Shown here one piece after another: positions 56,998-64,000 of a DNA stretch of 64,000 nt. The position numbers and the translations under genes are program-made. Position 1 is the first letter of the stretch. Each line of letters starts with the position of its first letter. The notes under the pieces were generated by a model that had not been told where the DNA came from, ran no database searches, and saw only the letters and a list, made by a program, of their open reading frames with translations. Location: the NCBI GenBank assembly GCA_944350275.1, contig CALVOK010000014.1, positions 75,545 through 139,544 of the forward strand, written 5' to 3'. Source of the DNA: an uncultured Clostridia bacterium (lineage in GTDB: Bacteria; Bacillota; Clostridia; Christensenellales; UBA1242).

Positions 56998-59013
56998 ATG
57001 GAAAATAAATTTGTTAGACCTAGACCTGTCTTTCCAAAACGTGCGGTCATTACCTCTGGTATGCCATACGGAAACAAACTTATTCACTTTGGACATCTTG
57101 GCATGATACTGCGTGCTGATGTTTTTGCAAGGTTTATGAGAGACAGAATTGGCAAAGACAATGTAATATATGTGTCTGGAACTGACTGTTATGGCTCGCC
57201 TGCTGTCGAGTCTTTTAGAAAACTGCAAGAAGAAGGTAAAATGCTTGACAAGACTTTGCTTGATTATGTCAGCGAAAATCATGACAAGCAAAAGGAAATC
57301 TTAGATAAATTTGAAATTTCTTTTAACCTGTATGGTGGTTCGGCAATTGGGCGAGCAGGAGAAATTCACAAGGATGTGAGCAAGTGGTTTATTGAGACGC
57401 TTTTTAAAAACGGAATGGTGTCAAAACGCTCCTCCCTGCAATTTTATGACAGAGAAAACAAGTGTCTCTTAAATGGCAGGCAGGTTGTCGGCAAATGTCC
57501 TATTGAAAACTGTCAGAGCGAAAAGGGATATGCTGACGAGTGCGACCTTGGGCATCAATATCTTCCACAAGATTTGATTGACCCTATCAGTACTCTCAGT
57601 GGCAAAAAACCAGAACTTGTCAAGATTGAAAACCTGTATTTTGACCTTCAAAAATGCACTCCACTACTTGAACAATGGATAGACTCTATTGACAGGCAAA
57701 GTGATACCGCACCTTTTATGGTTAAAGAAATAAGAGAGTTTTTCAAAAAACCTGAAATCTATATTAAGCGAGAATTTTTTGATGTGTTTGAGAAAATAAG
57801 GACCTCTCTTCCGCATTTTACCGAACTTGAACGCAATGAAAAAGCACCGTCTATGACTATCGTCTTTGACAAACTTGAGGACAGAGAAAAGGCGTGTGAG
57901 ATTCTTTCGCAAAATGGCATTCGCTATCGAACAGGCAAGACGCTTACACCTTTCCGACTAACAGGCAACATCTCTTGGGGTGTTCCATGCCCTGAAATTG
58001 ACGGAATAAAAGACCAGACCTTCTATGTTTGGCCTGAGAGTTTGTGGGCACCTATTTCATTTACCAAAACCTACCTTGAAAGCATAGGCAAAGATGAAAA
58101 GGAATGGGAAAAATATTGGTGCGACCGTGAGGCACAAGTTTATCAGTTCTTAGGCGAAGATAACATATATTTCTATGGCCCTGCTCAACAGGCTATGTGG
58201 CTTTATATGCAAGGCAAAAACCCTGTACTTAATGCAGAGAACGGACAACTTCAACTTACCAAAATCAACCCTATCAAATCAATTTTGTATATGAACAAGA
58301 AGGCTAGTTCATCGGGCGCTGTCAAACCACCTATGGCAAGTGAGTTTTTGGAGCATTACACGGCTGAGCAGATTCGTATGCATTTTCTTGCTATGAACCT
58401 TGTCAACAACAATGTATCCCTCTCCCCTAAGGCTTTTGATAGTGAGGCAAAGGATGATGAAATTGACTCTGTCGTTAAGGAAGGAAATCTGCTTACAAAT
58501 GTGTACAACAGAATACTCCGTACGGTGTTCTATTCAACTCAGTCGCACTTTGAGGGTGTGCTACCTAAGTCTGTGATTGATGAAAATGTAATGGAAGAGT
58601 GCAAAAAGGTCATTCTAAACGTCGAAAAATTTATGTACGATAAGAAATTCCACCAAGTTTTCAATGCTCTTGATGTGTTTATCAGAAATATCAACAAATA
58701 TTGGGTTAAAGAGGTAAATAACTGTGTAACTGAGGAAAAACTTGCTCATCTTATTGTAAACACCATGCAGATGATATATGTAGCAAATGTCCTTCTTCAC
58801 CCTATCGCACCAAGTGGAACTGAAAATGTGGCTGACTACATCGGTTTTGATAAAAATATATGTTTTAGTTGGGAGCATATCTTTGGCTCATTTGAAACCG
58901 TACTTGACAAAGATAGGAAGAGAAAACTTACCACCCTCAAACCAAAGGAGGACTTTTTCAAGCGTCATCAATCTCAACTTGACGAACTTGCAAAAAAGAA
59001 TGGGCAGGAGTAG
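56998..59013 (+). CDS. metG: Methionyl-tRNA synthetase (divergent)
   Basis: 671 aa. GMPYGNKLIHFGHLGMILRADVFARFMR...GTDCYG, and a zinc knuckle GKCPIENCQSEKGYADECDLGH. The KMSKS position reads NKKASSSG. Confidence 0.8.
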   Translation: MENKFVRPRPVFPKRAVITSGMPYGNKLIHFGHLGMILRADVFARFMRDRIGKDNVIYVSGTDCYGSPAVESFRKLQEEGKMLDKTLLDYVSENHDKQKEILDKFEISFNLYGGSAIGRAGEIHKDVSKWFIETLFKNGMVSKRSSLQFYDRENKCLLNGRQVVGKCPIENCQSEKGYADECDLGHQYLPQDLIDPISTLSGKKPELVKIENLYFDLQKCTPLLEQWIDSIDRQSDTAPFMVKEIREFFKKPEIYIKREFFDVFEKIRTSLPHFTELERNEKAPSMTIVFDKLEDREKACEILSQNGIRYRTGKTLTPFRLTGNISWGVPCPEIDGIKDQTFYVWPESLWAPISFTKTYLESIGKDEKEWEKYWCDREAQVYQFLGEDNIYFYGPAQQAMWLYMQGKNPVLNAENGQLQLTKINPIKSILYMNKKASSSGAVKPPMASEFLEHYTAEQIRMHFLAMNLVNNNVSLSPKAFDSEAKDDEIDSVVKEGNLLTNVYNRILRTVFYSTQSHFEGVLPKSVIDENVMEECKKVILNVEKFMYDKKFHQVFNALDVFIRNINKYWVKEVNNCVTEEKLAHLIVNTMQMIYVANVLLHPIAPSGTENVADYIGFDKNICFSWEHIFGSFETVLDKDRKRKLTTLKPKEDFFKRHQSQLDELAKKNGQE

Positions 59014-59256
59014 GTTTTGATTGCAGTCAGTATCTACCCTTCCATATTGAACATAAAAAATAAGTAATATAAAAATAAATGATAAAATTATATCAGAATT
59101 AAAATTATTCTACAAAAATTACAAAGGCGAGATAACTCGTCTTTTTTTGTATTGTGTATTGGATATTGTGTTTAAATATCAAAAGGTATAATTTTGGCTT
59201 TTTTAGAAAAATTTTAACAAAATTATTGAAATGCAAGAAAAAATTTTAAAAAGTGG

Positions 59257-59285
59257 TTGACAAATGGTATTTGTGTGCATATAAT
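59257..59285 (+). promoter_or_regulatory. Consensus sigma-A promoter for initiator tRNA
   Basis: TTGACA (59257-59262), a 17-nt spacer, then TATAAT (59280-59285), 17 nt before the tRNA 5' end. Confidence 0.75.
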
Positions 59286-59302
59286 ATATATGTAACAAAT
59301 AT

Positions 59303-59379
59303 CGCGGGATGGAGCAGTTCGGAAGCTCGTCGGGCTCATAACCCGAAGGTCGTTGGTTCAAATCCAACTCCCGCAACCA
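59303..59379 (+). tRNA. Initiator tRNA-fMet (anticodon CAU), CCA encoded
   Basis: CGCGGGATGGAGCAG...TCGGGCTCATAACCCGA...GGTTCAAATCC...CCCGCAACCA. It has the C1-A72 mismatch and the three G-C pairs in the anticodon stem that are characteristic of bacterial initiator tRNA. Confidence 0.92.
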
Positions 59380-59380
59380 C

Positions 59381-59408
59381 AAAGTCTGGCTTTTGCCAGA
59401 CTTTTTTG
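59381..59408 (+). terminator. Rho-independent terminator after tRNA-fMet
   Basis: AGTCTGGC-TTTT-GCCAGACT followed by TTTTTT. Confidence 0.8.
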
Positions 59409-59518
59409 CGAGTTCGGGTTATATCGAGCATAACAAACTATGCTAACTGACATAATTAAAGAAAAGATAAATTTGTTTTATTAAATATTCTCTTTGCGAA
59501 GATATAATCTCGTTTTCG

Positions 59519-59579
59519 GTCGTTGGTTCAAATCCAACTCCCGCAACCACAAAGTCTGGCTTTTGCCAGACTTTTTTGT
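59519..59579 (+). repeat. Perfect 61-bp second copy of the tRNA-fMet 3' portion (T-arm, acceptor 3' strand, CCA) plus its terminator
   Basis: 59519-59579 is identical to 59348-59408 (GGTCGTTGGTTCAAATCCAACTCCCGCAACCACAAAGTCTGGCTTTTGCCAGACTTTTTTG). The copies are separated by 110 bp of unrelated sequence. Confidence 0.9.
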
Positions 59580-59745
59580 TAAGTAAAACCCCAGATAGTC
59601 TTGGGTTTTACTTGTCTAAAAAACATATTGAAATGAAGTCAATATGTTTTTATATTTTTATAACTTAATAAAATTGATTGAGTAAAATTTTATTAACTAA
59701 AAATTTATTTGATATTATCTACTTTTTACCTATTCTTCTATATTT

Positions 59746-60414
59746 TTAATTAAACAAATATATTGCTAGCACAAATAAAATTAAGGCTATTATCTTAAAC
59801 TCTGAGACTAGAATATTTTTTAGTTTCCCCTCTTTTAAAAAGTGACTTAACAGGTCTCCTGCAAGCAAAAGTCCGCCACCTACTAACATCATTACTGCAC
59901 TGATTATGTGATTTGTAAATAGCACACCGTTTAGTGCCATCCCAAGCATTGCACCAAGGCAGGCAAAAGAAAATATGGTAGATGTCGCCTCTGATGCCTC
60001 GTCCGTCTTTTTAATAAGCCATACAATCATGCCTATTGCAAGTCCCAAAAAGATTCCGACAAACAGCGAATAGACATTAAATGAGGCAAGCGACATTGCA
60101 CTGAGCATAAGTGAAAGATAGGTTATACCCTTTATGACTTCACTGAGAATGTTTTTTATCTTCACATCTTTTATTACGCTTGTTTGCAAAAATTCATAAA
60201 CCATATTTATTGACAAAGCAACCGCTATAAAGAGTGACAAGCCATTTACAACATTTGTTACATTTATTGTAACAACACTATAAACTAGAAGAAGTAGCAT
60301 TGTGCAGTTACGCAAAATAAAACCTATCCAATCTCCCTTGTCCTTGAAAATTGAATATATGATAGACATTATCAAACTTGCTACACCGAATATTATCACT
60401 GGAACAATTATCAT
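59746..60414 (-). CDS. Polytopic integral membrane protein, unknown function
   Basis: 222 aa with about 7 hydrophobic helices. No obvious RBS. A YhhN-like resemblance was considered but is not supported by motifs I can verify. Confidence 0.55.
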   Translation of the reverse strand: MIIVPVIIFGVASLIMSIIYSIFKDKGDWIGFILRNCTMLLLLVYSVVTINVTNVVNGLSLFIAVALSINMVYEFLQTSVIKDVKIKNILSEVIKGITYLSLMLSAMSLASFNVYSLFVGIFLGLAIGMIVWLIKKTDEASEATSTIFSFACLGAMLGMALNGVLFTNHIISAVMMLVGGGLLLAGDLLSHFLKEGKLKNILVSEFKIIALILFVLAIYLFN

Positions 60415-60490
60415 AGTTATATTTTAACCTAAAAATAAAATAAAACAAAACATTTTAAATAATTTTTTAAAATTTTCACAAAATATATTT

Positions 60491-61048
60491 ATGAATTTGA
60501 TAAAAGACCTATTTTTATACCTCAGTGCTTTCGTACCTATGTATATATTGATTGCTTTTAGGCTTATCATAGACCTTTTTAATGATAACCTATCTTTTAA
60601 TGTGCTTAACACAGTCAATCTTGTCACCCTAGCACTGCTGATTATTCTCGGAATCTTGGGACTTTTTATGAATATTCGGCATAGCAAAGACGTCTCAAAA
60701 GAGATTATCATTTTAAGAAAACAAAATATAACAGACAGGCATTTTCTTGGATATTTTTCGCTCTTTGTTCTGTTTGCTCTCCAACTTGAACTCTCATATG
60801 TGAGTGACTACTGTCTTTTTATCCTAATTATGATTTTTATAGGCATTGTGTATATAAAAAATTCGCTATACTACATCAATCCCCTGCTGAATATTTTAGG
60901 TTATAACTTTTATGACATTATATATCTAGAGGTAGGAAGTCAAAAGAAGGCAGAGGGCAAAATTTTCTATAAGGGCAACCTAGTTGTCAACAAGAGTTAT
61001 CTAGTAAAATTCAAAAATGATAATTTTGCATTTATTGATAAGAAGTGA
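60491..61048 (+). CDS. Four-TM membrane protein with small soluble C-terminal domain, unknown function
   Basis: 185 aa. Four hydrophobic helices, then ...YYINPLLNILGYNFYDIIYLEVGSQKKAEGKIFYKGNLVVNKSYLVKFKNDNFAFIDKK. No SD sequence (possibly leaderless). Confidence 0.55.
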   Translation: MNLIKDLFLYLSAFVPMYILIAFRLIIDLFNDNLSFNVLNTVNLVTLALLIILGILGLFMNIRHSKDVSKEIIILRKQNITDRHFLGYFSLFVLFALQLELSYVSDYCLFILIMIFIGIVYIKNSLYYINPLLNILGYNFYDIIYLEVGSQKKAEGKIFYKGNLVVNKSYLVKFKNDNFAFIDKK

Positions 61049-61125
61049 TTTTTTAAAAATTTTTACAAAATTATATTGAAATTTTTGTTCTTTTGTGATA
61101 TAATCTCTTTGCAAAGGAGATATAA

Positions 61126-61755
61126 ATGAATATCATAATTCCTCGTGAAGAAAATGTTGATTCAATTGTTGTTGACCTAAGAGATGTTGTAAATGGCAGT
61201 GAACTGCAAGACGATTCTTTTAGAAAAAAGAATGAGGATATTTTAAGCCCTGCTGACTATACCGCCTATATTTTTTGCGTGCCTAGACAATATTTTGTAA
61301 ATGACGGACAAAATTCCGACTATGATACAATTGTAAAAAACATTAAGAGTGACAATATCTTAAAAGTTGAAAAATATATTATTGACGTTGTTGAAAGTAT
61401 AACTAAACTAAACAAAAATGACAAGGTGAATTTTGCACACTTCAAAAATCTGTTTTTACATTTTAACCCCTCTCAATGCAAGATTATACCCCTATCTGAA
61501 AATCAAACATTAATTGTTGGTGCACCTCTTTGGAAACATAGCGTTCAACTTATTTCTGTTAAAACGGTATCTCCTTTCGAAAATGATGAAGATTACGGAA
61601 AGGTTTGCGAGATAAAAGGCGTGGGTATCTGTGATGAAAAGTTTGCTTTTGAGATAGAGAACTATGAGCCTGGACATAATGTATTTGACTATAGAAAACG
61701 TCTCAAAAAACAAATTGTTCAAAAAAATAATGATGAACAAGAACTTGAAAGATAA
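61126..61755 (+). CDS. Hypothetical cytoplasmic protein
   Basis: 209 aa. Strong RBS AAAGGAG and an extended -10 TGTGATATAAT about 20 nt upstream. No recognisable motif. Confidence 0.6.
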   Translation: MNIIIPREENVDSIVVDLRDVVNGSELQDDSFRKKNEDILSPADYTAYIFCVPRQYFVNDGQNSDYDTIVKNIKSDNILKVEKYIIDVVESITKLNKNDKVNFAHFKNLFLHFNPSQCKIIPLSENQTLIVGAPLWKHSVQLISVKTVSPFENDEDYGKVCEIKGVGICDEKFAFEIENYEPGHNVFDYRKRLKKQIVQKNNDEQELER

Positions 61756-61798
61756 AAATAAGCAGGAGTTTGTCCTATTTGGATAATTCCTGCTTTTT
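61756..61798. terminator. Terminator hairpin between convergent 209-aa ORF and GtrA-like gene
   Basis: AGCAGGA (61761-61767) pairs with TCCTGCT (61788-61794), with an A-run before and a T-run after. Confidence 0.6.
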
Positions 61799-61819
61799 GT
61801 ATAAGATAACATTTATCTG

Positions 61820-62557
61820 CTACTTCTCAGTATTTTCTTCATTTGCAATTTCTTTTGTTTGCAAAACTTCTGCAATTTCTTGCGAGGCTGTATCTTGAGA
61901 ACTTTCAACTGCTTGCTCAACTTGATTTAACTCAGCATTTGATTTTTTGAGTTTGAAAACCTTATTTAAAAGTTTATCGTTAAAGACAACATACTTATCC
62001 CAGAAAAATTCGGTTATAAAGTTGATTATCATCATAAGAACCTCAACCAAGAAACCATCCCAACCTATTGCCTCTAAGGCATTTCCACCAAAAACTGAGG
62101 CAGGTATGTAACAGGCATAGTAAACAATCACTAAAGCCATGGCAAGTGGAACATTGCTTGCTGACTTAAATGTAAATTTTCGGTTAAACGTGAAATTCCA
62201 GATAACAGAGAGGGTTACTGATATAAGATGAGATGGCCACCACTCAAGCCACCCTGTCCACTCATATAATATACCAAATGAAACAATTTGGATTACCCCT
62301 GCTGATAGCGAGAACGCTAAAAACTTCAAAAATTGCAGAAATTGCATTTTTTTAGACTGCTTTATATCGCTACTTGAAATATTTTCATCGCTATTTGAAA
62401 TAATCTCATCACCTTTTAAATTGTTTTCATTATCTTTTAAGGTATTTTCCTCACTATTTGAAATAGTTTTATTTTCACTTGAAGTATTCTCACCGCTATT
62501 TAAAGTATTGTCGTCAAGGTCTTGTCCACTTGTTTGTTCTAGATTAGTCTTTTTCAT
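61820..62557 (-). CDS. GtrA-family membrane protein with disordered N- and C-terminal extensions
   Basis: 245 aa. Core FLKFLAFSLSAGVIQIVSFGILY...SVIWNFTFNRKFTFKS...FFWDKYVVF is the GtrA pattern. It is flanked by an Asn/Ser/Glu-rich ~70-aa N-terminus and a ~45-aa C-terminus. Confidence 0.75.
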   Translation of the reverse strand: MKKTNLEQTSGQDLDDNTLNSGENTSSENKTISNSEENTLKDNENNLKGDEIISNSDENISSSDIKQSKKMQFLQFLKFLAFSLSAGVIQIVSFGILYEWTGWLEWWPSHLISVTLSVIWNFTFNRKFTFKSASNVPLAMALVIVYYACYIPASVFGGNALEAIGWDGFLVEVLMMIINFITEFFWDKYVVFNDKLLNKVFKLKKSNAELNQVEQAVESSQDTASQEIAEVLQTKEIANEENTEK

Positions 62558-62753
62558 AAATTATCCTCTTTATTTTTTTGATTATATCATATTAATAAAA
62601 CATTTGCAAGCATTTGTATTGACATTTGCTTTATGATAAAAAACAACATTTGTCGCAAGCTAATTTGAAAAATTGCTTGATTTTTCTATATTAATTATAT
62701 ATAATATATATATAATATATAATAGGTCATTTAAATGTATTTAAGGAGATTGT

Positions 62754-64000
62754 ATGACTGACTTCGAAAATTCAAAAATTGAAACTAATGAAAATGATGA
62801 AAGAAAGACAGATGTCAAAAATAGCATTGTAGATAACGAAAATGTCAAGAATAACAGCCAAGAAAACAATGCTACAGGACAAGAGCAAAAGACCTCAGAT
62901 GAAGATTTAGAAAAAGACAGCAAGGAAATTGGTCACTCGGACAAGTATGGCGCTGAGGATATTCAAGTTCTTGAGGGACTTGAGCCTGTCAGAAAAAGAC
63001 CTGGTATGTATATCGGTTCAACTGACGAGCATGGACTTCATCATCTTGTGACTGAGGTTGTTGATAACTCTATCGACGAGGCTCTTGCTGGATATTGTAC
63101 TCAAATTGATGTGATTATCAATTTTGACGGCTCTTGCTCTGTTATTGACAATGGTCGTGGTATACCTACTGGCATTATTCCAAAGGAGAACAAGAGCGCT
63201 GTTGAGGTCGTTCTTACCAAACTGCACGCAGGTGGTAAATTTGGTGGCGAGGGATACAAAATCTCTGGTGGACTGCACGGTGTGGGTGTGTCCTGCGTAA
63301 ACGCACTATCAAAATATATGAGGGCTGACGTGTACCAAAATGGACAGCACTACAAAATTGAGTTCTCTCGCGGTAAGGTCATAACTCCCCTTACGGTTGT
63401 CGGAGGAACAAACAGGCGAGGCACAACAATAACTTTCCTACCTGATGATGAGATTTTTGAGACGACGGTGTTCAACTATGACACTATGAAAAATCGTTTC
63501 AGAGAAATTGCATTCCTAAACAAAGGACTGGTTATCTCTCTTGAAGATAAACGCGAGGGACAGGAGCGAAAGGAAACTTTTGAGTTTAAAGGCGGAATTG
63601 TCGAGTTTGTTGACTATCTAAACAAAAATCGTGAGACACTGCTCTCTGCACCCGTTTACTTTAATAAATTTAATCGCAATGCAAACGGCGAACTGGACAA
63701 TGAGGTTGAGGTATGTTTTCAGTATAATGATGGCTACAGCGAAGTGATAAATGCCTATGCAAACAACATCAACACCGAGGAGGGAGGAACTCACCTTGAC
63801 GGTTTTAAATCTGGACTTACTAAAGTCATAAACGACTATGCGCTTGCAAATAAAATTATTAAAGAAAATGAAAAACTCTCTGGTGACGATTGCCGAGAAG
63901 GTATAACCGCAGTCATTTCAGTTAAACTTAGAAATCCGCAGTTTGAAGGTCAGACCAAAACGAAACTTGGCAACAGCGAGATGAGAAACATTGTCTACAA
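62754..64000 (+). CDS. gyrB: DNA gyrase subunit B (5' part; continues beyond window) with ~55-60-aa low-complexity N-terminal extension
   Basis: Not in the ORF track (no stop). ATG at 62754 after AAGGAG. After MTDFENSKIETNENDERK... comes YGAEDIQVLEGLEPVRKRPGMYIGSTDEHGLHHLVTEVVDNSIDEALAG...GGLHGVG... Confidence 0.95.
   Translation, partial: MTDFENSKIETNENDERKTDVKNSIVDNENVKNNSQENNATGQEQKTSDEDLEKDSKEIGHSDKYGAEDIQVLEGLEPVRKRPGMYIGSTDEHGLHHLVTEVVDNSIDEALAGYCTQIDVIINFDGSCSVIDNGRGIPTGIIPKENKSAVEVVLTKLHAGGKFGGEGYKISGGLHGVGVSCVNALSKYMRADVYQNGQHYKIEFSRGKVITPLTVVGGTNRRGTTITFLPDDEIFETTVFNYDTMKNRFREIAFLNKGLVISLEDKREGQERKETFEFKGGIVEFVDYLNKNRETLLSAPVYFNKFNRNANGELDNEVEVCFQYNDGYSEVINAYANNINTEEGGTHLDGFKSGLTKVINDYALANKIIKENEKLSGDDCREGITAVISVKLRNPQFEGQTKTKLGNSEMRNIVY

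Overview
AT-rich chromosomal segment from a low-GC Gram-positive (Bacillota-like) bacterium using the standard genetic code. TGA and TAA both act as stops, and ORFs of 2035 and 2814 codons stay open. Confidently recognisable housekeeping genes: cysS, recD2, comFC, hup, lepB-like, queH, ppa, rpmG-secE-nusG-rplK-rplA, secA, ychF, mrnC-rlmB-sigH, metG, the 5' part of gyrB, and three tRNAs (Glu-UUC, Ser-CGA, initiator Met-CAU). Between these blocks lie accessory or orphan genes. They include a 2814-aa signal-peptide/C-terminal-anchor surface protein divergent from a GT2+TPR glycosyltransferase. There are also two orphan proteins (741 and 2035 aa), a BclA-type collagen-like protein, two paralogous small two-helix membrane proteins, an Amidase_3/PG-binding hydrolase, and several small unknowns. 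No CRISPR array, integrase, transposase or recognisable defence system was seen. The least ordinary content is non-coding. Intergenic DNA is packed with locus-specific tandem repeats: a ~270-bp array with strict 10-bp period, a 21-22-bp array and a 65-bp array. There is also a hairpin-module array after tRNA-Ser with pairing-preserving substitutions, a 1.17-kb gene-free gap between convergent genes, and a perfect 61-bp duplication of the tRNA-fMet 3' end plus terminator. Two coding anomalies were found: a frameshifted SDR, and a NADAR-like gene followed in frame by 89 sense codons after its TAA. All functional calls rest on motifs read by eye from the translations. No database search was possible.
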